From Rhynchopus sp. YZ270_cl-10 (Eukaryota), in NCBI GenBank assembly GCA_964035575.1, contig OZ037838.1, forward strand, positions 744,001 through 808,000: a stretch of DNA of 64,000 nt, read 5' to 3'. The first letter of the stretch is position 1, and each line of letters starts with the position of its first letter. The translations under genes and the position numbers were made by a program. Below are positions 46,862 to 57,770 of the stretch, in pieces. The notes under the pieces were generated by a model. That model was not told the DNA's origin. It saw nothing but the letters and a program-made list of their open reading frames with translations, and ran no database searches.

Positions 46862-47944
46862 ATGATGGATGTGACCTTTGTGCTGGAAGAGTCAGGTGTG
46901 ACTGCGACAGTGGAGGTGCCGTGCGAGGCGAAGGTTGCAGCGGCAAAGGAGGTTGCGTGCACGGCGCTTGCTGTCTCGCCTGCGTCTGTCGAGATGCGCA
47001 TCGGCACGCAGGTGCTGGAGGGGACGTGCCGTCTGCAGGACACTGCGTTTGATTCAGGGGTGCAGGTTGTGCTTGCCTGCCCTCGCTTTGCCGACATCAA
47101 GTGTCCTGCTCAGTACAATTTCGAGAGGTCATCGAGGCAAGTAGCGATGTCGCTGTCACGTTGTGGAACGCTCTGCATCTATGTTTGCGATACGAATGTT
47201 GTTGGCTTCGACACAGAAACCTTTGCCTGTGTCTTGGAGTTCAACATACCCCATATGGTGCTAGGTCCGCCTACCATCTCGCAGTGCAAGACACGCTGCT
47301 ACCTGCGGTGTGAAGATCACCTTCTCAAGGTTGCGCTTCCGGGTGGGGAGGTGGTCCGCAAAGTCCACGGCTACTCGGGGTCAGAGTCAGTGTTTGCGTG
47401 CGGCAGTGTTGTCTCGAAGGGCAAAGACGGCGTCTCTGTGTATGACGAAGACCTGACGTTGCTCCGCTCTCTCTCGCACGAAGGGTGCTGGGACATGGCA
47501 GTGTCGGGCTGTGGTGGGTGGGTGATCACCTCTTCCGACAAGGAGAAGAACGTACGTTTGTGGGATGTGAACACAGGTGAAGCTGTGGCATGTGTGCCTG
47601 CGGGGGCGTGGTGTGTACTGGCGCTTTCACGGTTTGCCTCTGTCTTTGCTGTGGAGGGACGTGGCATCGTGCAGCTCTATGATTGGAGTGGTGTGGCTCT
47701 TCGCAGTTTTGCTGTGGACGGGGATATCTGGGGCATGCAGTTCACCCCATGTGGGAAGTACCTTGTGGTGCAGGCATCACTCATGCTGCACCAGTATGAT
47801 GTGGCAACCATGTCCTGTGTGCGTGTGATACCGCCAACTCATGTTTCGTCATTTGTGATATCACCGTGTTCACGTGTTGTTGTGGTTATGCAATCAGATG
47901 GCATCATTGTGACAAGGCATCTGTACCCACACAACAGTGAGTGA
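46862..47944 (+). CDS. UBL + beta-propeller protein, copy 5
   Basis: Same architecture; shortest blade-6 loop. Confidence 0.88.
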   Translation: MMDVTFVLEESGVTATVEVPCEAKVAAAKEVACTALAVSPASVEMRIGTQVLEGTCRLQDTAFDSGVQVVLACPRFADIKCPAQYNFERSSRQVAMSLSRCGTLCIYVCDTNVVGFDTETFACVLEFNIPHMVLGPPTISQCKTRCYLRCEDHLLKVALPGGEVVRKVHGYSGSESVFACGSVVSKGKDGVSVYDEDLTLLRSLSHEGCWDMAVSGCGGWVITSSDKEKNVRLWDVNTGEAVACVPAGAWCVLALSRFASVFAVEGRGIVQLYDWSGVALRSFAVDGDIWGMQFTPCGKYLVVQASLMLHQYDVATMSCVRVIPPTHVSSFVISPCSRVVVVMQSDGIIVTRHLYPHNSE

Positions 47945-48199
47945 TGTGTGACCAGGGGAGGTGGTGCATACAACCCAGGGTGCCAGCAAAACAACCCAAG
48001 ACCCTCAAAACACCCCCAAGAAACTCCCCTTTCAGCCCTGTTGCTTTTCTCTTGTTAGACTGCCACAAGTCGCCCACCTCACACGCTGCCCATGCGGCGC
48101 TCTCGTGTGGGTGACAGATCGCGATGCTGAGTATCATTTTCCATTCGTCACCTCACAACGAGAACCACCACAGACCCACAAACAACCCACACCTCATCT

Positions 48200-51100
48200 T
48201 AGGGGATGGCTAGCTACCATGAACCCCTGTCCAAAGTATTAATATTTCTCGAAAATTCTCTAAGTACACAGAAAACACACGGGTGTGCCCCAAAACACAT
48301 TTTTTCCAGTGTCCCGCAGTGTCCCACCACTTTTTTTCGCTTTTTGTGGGAAAAAAAATACAAAAAAAAATACATGGTTCTGTAGGGGCCGAGTACAATG
48401 GCGTTTTTCACGTGATTTTCATGATTTTTCAAAGTGGCCAAATATCATGTAAAATACTGCCTCCCACCCAACATTCTCTCCACAACGTCGTTCTGACACC
48501 CATATGTCCAAACAAAAGATGTTTTTATATATTTTTTTCCACACCCAGCGTATCATAAAAATGCACATATCCACCAAAATCCACTAACCCACCGCAGGCA
48601 AATTTCTTAACGATGTGTACTTCTGAATTGATGCTGAGGGATTATGCGGCAACCGCTGCGTAGTTCTGTGGGGTAAAACGCCACCTGGGGTCACAAGGCC
48701 CAGGCTCCTACCTTTACAGGTAGGAGAGCTGTTGAGTGACCCATCGGACAATCGTTTGAGGGGTCTTGGTGAAGAATTTCGAAAATTGATAAAAACGAAT
48801 AAGCGTCTCACAATTGAACCCAGATTCTGCTCCAGATGTGATGTCTTGGTCTGTTTCTGCCTGAATTGTGTAAGGGGGCCCGATTTTGTTGCGGAAAATT
48901 ACGAAAATTATTGAAAACCAATAAGCGCCTCACAATTGAACCCAGATTCTGCTCCAGATGCGATGTTTTGGTCTGTTTCTGCCTGAATTGTGTAAGGGGG
49001 CCCGATTTTGTTGCGATAAATTACGAAAATTGATGAAAACAAATATGCGTCTCACAATTGAACCCAGATTCTGCTCCAGATACGATGTTTTGATGTGTTT
49101 CTGCCTGAATTGTGTAAGGGGGCCCGATTTTGTTGCGGAAAATTACGAAAATTATTGAAAACCAATAAGCGCCTCACAATTGAACCCAAATTCTGCTCCA
49201 GATGCGATGTTTTGGTATGTTTCTGCCTGAATTGTGTAAGGGGGCCCGATTTTGTTGCGGAAAATTACGAAAATTATTGAAAACCAATAAGCGCCTCACA
49301 ATTGAACCCAGATTCTGCTCCAGATGCGATGTTTTGGTATGTTTCTGCCTGAATTGTGTAAGGGGGCCCGATTTTGTTGCGGAAAATTACGAAAATTGAT
49401 GAAAACAAATATGCGTCTCACAATTGAACCCAGATTCTGCTCCAGATGCGATGTTTTGATGTGTTTCTGCCTGAATTGTGTAAGGGGCCCCGATTTTGTT
49501 GCGGAAAATTACGAAAATTATTGAAAACCAATAAGCGCCTCACAATTGAACCCAGATTCTGCTCCAGATACGATGTTTTGATGTGTTTCTGCCTGAATTG
49601 TGTAAGGGGGCCCGATTTTGTTGCGGAAAATTACGAAAATTATTGAAAACCAATAAGCGCCTCACAATTGAACCCAAATTCTGCTCCAGATGCGATGTTT
49701 TGGTATGTTTCTGCCTGAATTGTGTAAGGGGGCCCGATTTTGTTGCGGAAAATTACGAAAATTATTGAAAACCAATAAGCGCCTCACAATTGAACCCAGA
49801 TTCTGCTCCAGATGCGATGTTTTGGTATGTTTCTGCCTGAATTGTGTAAGGGGGCCCGATTTTGTTGCGGAAAATTACGAAAATTGATGAAAACAAATAT
49901 GCGTCTCACAATTGAACCCAGATTCTGCTCCAGATGCGATGTTTTGATGTGTTTCTGCCTGAATTGTGTAAGGGGCCCCGATTTTGTTGCGGAAAATTAC
50001 GAAAATTATTGAAAACCAATAAGCGCCTCACAATTGAACCCAGATTCTGCTCCAGATACGATGTTTTGATGTGTTTCTGCCTGAATTGTGTAAGGGGGCC
50101 CGATTTTGTTGCGGAAAATTACGAAAATTATTGAAAACCAATAAGCGCCTCACAATTGAACCCAAATTCTGCTCCAGATGCGATGTTTTGGTATGTTTCT
50201 GCCTGAATTGTGTAAGGGGGCCCGATTTTGTTGCGGAAAATTACGAAAATTATTGAAAACCAATAAGCGCCTCACAATTGAACCCAGATTCTGCTCCAGA
50301 TGCGATGTTTTGGTATGTTTCTGCCTGAATTGTGTAAGGGGGCCCGATTTTGTTGCGGAAAATTACGAAAATTGATGAAAACAAATATGCGTCTCACAAT
50401 TGAACCCAGATTCTGCTCCAGATGCGATGTTTTGATGTGTTTCTGCCTGAATTGTGTAAGGGGCCCCGATTTTGTTGCGGAAAATTACGAAAATTATTGA
50501 AAACCAATAAGCGCCTCACAATTGAACCCAGATTCTGCTCCAGATACGATGTTTTGATGTGTTTCTGCCTGAATTGTGTAAGGGGGCCCGATTTTGTTGC
50601 GGAAAATTACGAAAATTGATGAAAACTAATATGCGTCTCACAATTGAACCCAGATTCTGCTCCAGATTCGATGTTTTGATGTGTTTCTGCCTGAATTGTG
50701 TAAGGGGGTAACGTGTTCTTTATAAGATTGTCTGATGGAGGCAGTATCGGCGACAGTGGGGGAAATAGAGGGGGGTATGAGTTCAGAGAGACTGGGGTTA
50801 TTGTCTCAGGACCGAGTCAGGTAGTTGAACTTCATCCTTTTTTAAATAGTGTGGATCTTTGCAGTCGTCGGTTATGTCTGAAAATTCTTAAGTCCACTTT
50901 GTGAGGGCCTTTCATTAACATTAAAGGCCACTTTTGTTTTTTTTTTTCACGAATTGTTTCTCTCTCGCCTTGTCTTCATTTCAAGTTATGCCACACCCCT
51001 CTCAGCAGCCTGCTGATCAGAGTAAATGTTAAAGTATCAGCCTTTCTAGGTGTTCTTGAGTGAACAATGCAAGCATCCTCTCCAAAGCTTTTCTGTTGCG

Positions 51101-51669
51101 ATTCTTTCTATTTGTTCCGATTTAGCCTTTTCACAAGTTGTGTAATATTTGCAAGCACTCTGTTTTGTCAGTTTCTCTTCCTTCTTCGACCAACAAAGAT
51201 ACCACACCACCCCAGACCCTTTCCAATTTTTCATTTCCTCTATTCTTCCCATCCAAGCCCTCCCCACACAATTCTGTTCCAGATGTAAATCTTGCCATAA
51301 TTAAACCATTTCTGTAATCTGTGATCGTGCCGCAGGCGCAAGTGGCACTTGAAACATTTGAAACAACATTGTATTGTGCTAATTGGTCGCCACCTGAAGT
51401 ATCCGTAATTGAACTAGTTATCAAATCTGTGGTCAGTCTCATGGACGAATCATTGAATGCTGCATGCGCTGCCGACAATTGAAACGTTTGAAACAATATT
51501 GTATTGTACCAATTCACGCGAGAGCCCCCAACCCCAAAATTCTGGGAGGAAAAAAAGGGGGAAATAAAAAATAAAAAAAAAATAAAAAAAATGCCGGAAA
51601 ACGCCTAAGTACAAAATAATACTTTGGACAGCTTTTTGTGAAGGAATTACCCTAGCTATCCACCCCCTA
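48200..51669. mobile_element. 3.5-kb TIR element (TAGGGG ends, 7-bp TSD) inserted in the leader of copy 6
   Basis: CTCATCT | TAGGGGATGGCTAGCTA ... TAGCTATCCACCCCCTA | CTCATCT. Removing it restores the leader cccacacctcatctcct...acagagg seen intact before copies 2 and 3. Confidence 0.88.
48781..50708. repeat. 122-bp satellite, about 16 units, with a 488-bp (4-unit) higher-order repeat
   Basis: caattgaacc recurs every 122 bp from 48811 to 50641. Variant units recur at 488-bp spacing (identical ORFs at 49095, 49583, 50071). Confidence 0.96.
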
Positions 51670-51710
51670 CTCATCTCCTCACAGAGGGGCAACAAGAAGA
51701 AGACAAAACA

Positions 51711-52853
51711 ATGGATGTGACCTTTGTGCTGGAAGAGTCAGGCGTGACTGCGACAGTGGAGGTGCCGTGCGAGGCGGACGTTGCAGCGGCAAAGGAGGTT
51801 GCGTGCACGGCGCTTGCTGTCTCGCCTGCGTCTGTCGAGATGCGCATCGGCACGCAGGTGCTGGAGGGGACGTGCCGTCTGCAGGACACTGCGTTTGGTG
51901 CAGGGGTGCAGATCGTGCTTGCCCGCCCTCGCTTTGCCGACATCAAGTGTCCTGCTGAGCACCGTCTACAGAAGGAAGATAGGTTGTCGCTGTCGCGTTG
52001 TGGAACGCTCTGCGTCTATAGTAAGGACCGGAGTAGGCATGTTGGCGGCTTCGACACAGAAACCTTCGACACTGTCTTCTCGTTTGAAGCGGACAATGAA
52101 GTGTTCGGTGCGCCTGCCATCTCGCAGTGCAAGACACGCTGCTACCTGGCGTGTGGGCGTCACCTTCTCAAGGTTGCGCTTCCGGGTGGGGAGGTGCTCC
52201 GCAAAGTCGACGACACCTCGCTTTCAGTGTTTGCGTGTGGCGGTGTTGTTGTCTCGAAGGGCGGAGATATCTATGTGTATGACGAAGACCTGACGTTGCT
52301 CCGCACTCTCTCGCACGAAAGCTGCAGGGAGGTGGCTGTGTCGGACTGTGGTGGGTGGGTGATCACCTCCTCCTGGAAGGAGAAGAACGTACGTCTGTGG
52401 GGTGTGAACACAGGTGAAGCTGTGGCATGTGTGCCTGAGGAGAGGTGGTGTCCCGTGAGGCAGTACGCAGGAGTGGCGCTTTCACGGTCTGGCTCTGTTT
52501 TTGCTGTGGGGACCTCTGACAAAGTACAGCTCTATGATTGGAGTGGTGTGGCTATGGGCAGCTTTGCACAGGACATAGGCACTTACTTCTGCGGCATGCA
52601 GTTCACCCCGTGTGGGAAGTACCTTGTGATGAGGGTAGATGCAGAATCTGATTTTCCTGCTGGTAGTTACAACTATTATGATTACGATACACACCTGCAC
52701 CAGTATGATGTGGCGACCATGTCCTGTGTGCATGTGATACCTCTAATCTTTGGTAAGTCATTTGCGATATCGCCATGTTCACGTGTTGTTGTGGCCATGC
52801 AACGAGATGGCATCATTGTGACGAGACATCTGTACCCACACAACAGTGAGTGA
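51711..52853 (+). CDS. UBL + beta-propeller protein, copy 6
   Basis: Same architecture. Confidence 0.88.
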   Translation: MDVTFVLEESGVTATVEVPCEADVAAAKEVACTALAVSPASVEMRIGTQVLEGTCRLQDTAFGAGVQIVLARPRFADIKCPAEHRLQKEDRLSLSRCGTLCVYSKDRSRHVGGFDTETFDTVFSFEADNEVFGAPAISQCKTRCYLACGRHLLKVALPGGEVLRKVDDTSLSVFACGGVVVSKGGDIYVYDEDLTLLRTLSHESCREVAVSDCGGWVITSSWKEKNVRLWGVNTGEAVACVPEERWCPVRQYAGVALSRSGSVFAVGTSDKVQLYDWSGVAMGSFAQDIGTYFCGMQFTPCGKYLVMRVDAESDFPAGSYNYYDYDTHLHQYDVATMSCVHVIPLIFGKSFAISPCSRVVVAMQRDGIIVTRHLYPHNSE

Positions 52854-53752
52854 TGTGTGACCAGGGGAGGGGAGAGTAGTGAATATACCCCAGGGTACCA
52901 GCAAAACAACCCAAGACCCTCAAAACACCCCCAAGAAACCCCTTTTAGCTTTCCCCCCCGAATGCGAAGAAGAATGCAAAGAAAACTCTTCGCACGCCAT
53001 CTCTGTCTAGGGGGATCAGCCGCGGGTCCACCCACGGTGTTCTGGCACCAAAAGACTGAAAAAACCCCCTGCTGGATCCCAGCAACAATAACCGAAGACC
53101 CTATTAAGTACCCCCACCCCCAAAAGACCCCTTCAACCCCTTCATCCCCAGTTAACTTGTTAAAGCAGCTATGCTGCGACATGGGGAGATCTGGTGTTAC
53201 AGTAGATGATATAATATGTTTGGGTCCATTTTTTGCTTTTATTACCTCTTTGCTCTGCAAAGGTTGGAACGGGGAAAGACAAAACGCACCACCCTTCATC
53301 AGGGAATTTTTTCCACAAATTTGTTTCCCCGGTGTGTTTTCCTCACATTATTTTTGTTGCGCTTTCAGGACCTCATCGTATGGATCACTCTCTGTACCAG
53401 ATCTCCACCCCTTGAACCCCTTCGATCTCATCCCGCTTTAGCGGAGCAGCTTCGCTGCGAGTTGGGAGATCTTTGATAGAGATTTCCTATTCTTTGTTTT
53501 GACGTGGCACGCATGCTGTCTATTAGGCAGAATAGTGTGCAGAGGAACCCTCACCATACCACCACCATCTTCATCAGGTTTTTTTTTTTTTTGTTGTATT
53601 TTGTTTTGGGTTGGTTCGGCCTCCACATCCGCCCCTCATCGTAGCGCCTCTTTTTCGAGATAAAAAGTATCCCCCTTCCCTCTCTGTCATTTTTCATTGC
53701 TGTTCATCCCTCGCGGGTCTTTTTAGGTAATCTGTATCTATCTCAGATCTCC

Positions 53753-53976
53753 ACCCCTTCAACCCCTTCAACCCCTTCACCCCCTTCAACCCCTTCAACC
53801 CCTTCAACCCCTTCAACCCCTTCAACCCCTTCAACCCCTTCAACCCCTTCAACCCCTTCAACCCCTTCAACCCCTTCAACCCCTTCAACCCCTTCAACCC
53901 CTTCAACCCCTTCAACCCCTTCAACCCCTTCAACCCCTTCAACCCCTTCAACCCCTTCAACCCCTTCAACCCCTTC
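53753..53976. repeat. Minisatellite (ACCCCTTCA)n, about 25 copies
   Basis: 9-bp tandem array. Confidence 0.97.
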
Positions 53977-54273
53977 CCTAGTAAACTTGTTTAAGCAGCT
54001 CTGCTGCGTCTTGGGGGTCTCTCGATTATATATTTTAGGCTTCGCGTCCTGCATGTTTATTGTCCACTTGCATCTGCAAGGTTGGAAGAGGGTAACAGGG
54101 GAAACTCATTAAAAATCATTCACTCACTCATCAGGATTTTTTGTGTTTCCCCGGTCTCACCCTCCGTACGTTAACTTCGCATAGTGTTTGCCAAAAAATT
54201 AAAAGATTGGGGCGGTAGGGTTTTTTATTCGGATTTGCGTTTTTTGCTTGTTGCTCTTATATATATCGAGAGA

Positions 54274-54708
54274 CCCCTCAACCCCTTCACCCCCTTCAAC
54301 CCCTTCAACCCCTTCACCCCCTTCACCCCCTTCACCCCCTTCACCCCCTTCACCCCCTTCACCCCCTTCACCCCCTTCACCCCCTTCACCCCCTTCAACC
54401 CCTTCAACCCCTTCAACCCCTTCAACCCCTTCAACCCCTTCAACCCCTTCAACCCCTTCAACCCCTTCAACCCCTTCAACCCCTTCAACCCCTTCAACCC
54501 CTTCAACCCCTTCAACCCCTTCAACCCCTTCAACCCCTTCAACCCCTTCAACCCCTTCAACCCCTTCAACCCCTTCAACCCCTTCAACCCCTTCAACCCC
54601 TTCAACCCCTTCAACCCCTTCAACCCCTTCAACCCCTTCAACCCCTTCAACCCCTTCAACCCCTTCAACCCCTTCAACCCCTTCAACCCCTTCAACCCCT
54701 TCACCCCC
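54274..54708. repeat. Minisatellite (ACCCCTTCA / CCCCCTTCA)n, about 48 copies
   Basis: 9-bp tandem array ending about 15 nt before the acceptor-like CAG at 54721-54723. Confidence 0.97.
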
Positions 54709-54754
54709 TGCAACCCCCCTCAGAGGCGGAACAAACTTTACGTACACAACACTA

Positions 54755-57700
54755 ATGCCACCTTCCTCGACACACTCCGAGGAGAGACAGGAGGATGTGG
54801 AGCAGGTTGTGGAGTCACAAGCGGACCCGCTGACTGATGTGACACCAGCACCAACACCAGCAGCAGAACCAACACCAGCAGCAGCAGTAGAAGCTACAGA
54901 AGCACAACCCGCACCTGTGTCAGAGAGTCCCGCAGACCCGCGGGATGAGTTCTTGTACGAAAACGACAAGATGCCCGCCGCCACGATTGCCTACACCGAC
55001 AGCTGCCTCTTCCTCCCTGTCGAGCGCAGCGTCATGCACTTCACCATCGACCGCACCACTCTCGCAGACGGCGTCTGGATCTACCACATCACACTCAACA
55101 CCTCTCTCCCGTTCTACACACAGATGGAGCACGCAGAGTCGCAGGGCACTCCTGCAGGCCCCGTTGCCATCAGCAGACAGTACAGGTTTGCTGAGATAAA
55201 ACACCCCTCCCCCTAATGGTGGCAGTATTGTGCTGGGAGCCCATTGGAATGCGCAAAATACATCAAAATACAGTCAGACTGTATTTTGCGTATTCCAATG
55301 GGCTCCGATCACAATACTGCCATTACCCCCCACCCCACATTTTCTCACCAAAGCCAGCATCATGGGCCTCTGGTGCTTCTTACAGTTTAATCAAAATGGT
55401 GCATTCGGTAACACCGTATCAGAGTCACCCTTTACAAAAGCGAATGAAAAAAAAAGCGTACCTCGTTGATTACTTCATTGATTCCTACTTACAAAAATGG
55501 GAAAAATATTATGAAAATCTCTCTCTCTCTCCCCTTCAGGTACAGCAAATTTGATTGGCTCAAGCAGGCGTTGACCACAGAGTACCCTTCCGTCATCATC
55601 CCGCCGACCCCACCTAAGGATGCCTCGATGGCCGCAGAGAAGCTGCTGAATTTCATGTCCGACCCTTCTGAGGACGAGCCCCCGCCACTCCTGGTCATTG
55701 AACGCCGCAGGGAGCTGCAGTACTTTATGAACTACATTGCGTCGCACCCCGCGCTGAGGGAGGGCACCATCCTGCGCGGCTTCCTCTCGTGTATAAGCGA
55801 TTCGCAGTTCTCTACCCTAAGGGATAAGACAAAGCAAATGCATGACGAAGCTGTGCGCCAGCGTCTCCGTCCTGAGGACTCCCGCCGCAACGCAGCGTAT
55901 CAGACAAAGAACGCCTTCTCCTGGCTCAAGGGTAAGGTTACCGGAGGGCCGGTCAAAGATGCCGAACCAAACCCAGTAACAGCAGACCTCGCAACGTACA
56001 TTCAGGGGTCGCAGCCCTTAGTCGAGCTGCTCCGTGCGAAGATGGGGAACTACTACCTGCAGACGCAGTCGCGTGTGCATGAGAAGCAACCAGACTACCA
56101 CTCAGGTGTCGCCGAGTGGTCTACACGTGGCTATGCAGAGTCAGATCTCGCAGTGGGGTCATTGTATGTGAGGGGTAGTGGGGTGGGGAATGGGGGAAAA
56201 GGGGGGGGTTTTCTTTTGCATGAGCTTGACTGAGATGTGTTTTGGTACGTTTTAACTATTTTTTTTTGTGTTATCAAGCATTGACGAATAGAAATGGAAA
56301 ACGACGGATGGTGCGTGCCCGCTTTAGCGTATTGTTTTCCCACTAACATCACTCACATTCATCAGTGAAAAACACAAACCTTTTGCGGTGCGATACACGA
56401 AAAAGTGTTTTCTTTATTTCATTTAACTGTCATATCCTGAAGTCGTTTTCTATTTTTTGATGTCTTGTGTGAGGTCCTAGCCGCTCTGGGGTCAAGTGTA
56501 TTGTATTTTCCTCCGAAAAGGTCAGACCAGCATGTATTGCGAGAGTTGTCACGTCCATGTGTGTGTGTCATGAGGAAGGTGTTCGGTGCTCATTGTTAGA
56601 AGGCGTGTAAATGGCGATGATTGCTCCGTACGCGTGATTGTCGGCATAACAAAAAACCAACACATAAACAGGGTCTGTTTCAAGAACGGTCAGGTTGGGA
56701 CAGCTATGTGGGTGGGGAATCTCCCCCATCCTCAGGTATGCCAGAAAAAAGGATTTTTTTGTACAAACTTCTTTGATGCATGGTGCAGGATTACGCAGAC
56801 GGTAAAAATAGGAAAAAAAATCAGTGGAGCTCATCCTCGGGTGTCTACACTACAACTAAGTTTTCAAAGACAAAAGGCAAAAATATATATCCACAATCCA
56901 TGTGTACCCAAATTTTCGTACCATCTTAACTCAATATGGTTACGAGTGGTGCTATGGCGGTGCCTCAGAGCTATAGATCAACAGCTCAATGCAACACAAC
57001 ACAACGCACCAACACAACAGTCCTCCGAAGTGCACGCAGGCATCCAGTGGCTCAGCAAAAGAGGCGGCAACTGCGACGGGGCCATCTGCGGCGAGAGATA
57101 TTTCCAGGGCACAAACGGCCGTACGGGATGTATGTGCATAGAGCTAGCTCAGTGTCGTTATTGTTGTCACCATTGTCACCATTGTCACTATTGTCACTAT
57201 TGTCACTATTGTCACTATTGTCACAACTATCACCACCCCTCCTCCTCATTGCCACCTCTCACCATCACAGGCTCGTTCGTCCCGTACAGCCACCTGTACC
57301 ACCCACTCCCGAGGGACCCTGTCATTGATGCAATCGACTTCTCCAGCGAGGCGCTCTTCGAGACGCTTGTGGACTTCACGCCGGAGCAGGAGAAGCGTCT
57401 GTTCCACATTCTGAGTGATTTGCAGATTATCCGTGGGTGGTTTGAGAGTGCGAAGAAGTGTGTGGCGCATTTTAACAATGTGGCGCTGACTGAAGCGAGC
57501 TTCAAGGCGGCGCTGGCGAACAAGAAGGAGAAGAAGGATGCGGCGCAGGAGGCCGAGCTGGAGGAGCGCCTTGCGAAGTTCAGCAAGCAGGCGAACCTCG
57601 AGAAGATGACCTTCACGGCCGAGAAGGAGCTCCTTAAGAAGTCCACCGCAGGCCTCTGGCGCAGTGTTCTCTCCAACTTTGCGACCTTCAACGCCAACAT

Positions 57701-57770
57701 CGAAGTGCACCAAGGCTTCGACATGAACATAGCCGAAGCCTCCAGTGCAATCCAAACAGCTTGGAGTTAA
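54755..57770 (+). CDS. PX-domain sorting-nexin-like protein with internal CAP-Gly domain; exons 54755-55185, 55540-56163, 56672-56735, 57021-57129, 57271-57770
   Basis: In-frame GT-AG splicing gives a PX domain (RYSKFDWLKQALTTEYPSVIIPPTPPK...IERRRELQYFMNYIASHPAL), a CAP-Gly domain (LAVGSLVCFKNGQVGTAMWVG...AGIQWLSKRGGNCDGAICGERYFQGTNGRTGCSFVP) and a helical/coiled-coil C-terminus. Confidence 0.82.
57164..57224. repeat. Intronic minisatellite (TTGTCAC[C/T]A)n, about 7 copies
   Basis: 9-bp tandem array in the last intron of the PX gene. Confidence 0.92.

Noticed and set aside
48781..50708. CRISPR array or repeated small Cys-rich proteins
   Set aside because: The units are contiguous near-identical 122-mers with no unique spacers and no cas genes. 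The ORFs are by-products of a period not divisible by three.
50940..51517. Possible transposase remnant inside the 48200 element
   Set aside because: The short minus-strand ORFs show no motif I can recognise.
24510..52853. RT plus variable paralogues as a diversity-generating retroelement
   Set aside because: The RT is DIRS-group, fused to RNase H beside a YR, and disrupted. Paralogue differences include indels and all bases rather than adenine-specific changes, and there is no TR/VR pair.
15149..52853. Functional link between SKP1 and the propeller array (SCF substrate receptors)
   Set aside because: No F-box is visible; the N-terminus is ubiquitin-like. A 19-kb separation gives no evidence of linkage.
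56480..56575. piggyBac-like Cys-rich tail (TSMYCESCHVHVC)
   Set aside because: Too short and broken to support a call.
56586..57770. 394-aa ORF as a stand-alone gene
   Set aside because: It is read-through of three in-frame PX-gene exons and their introns; the CHYCHY stretch is an intronic minisatellite.
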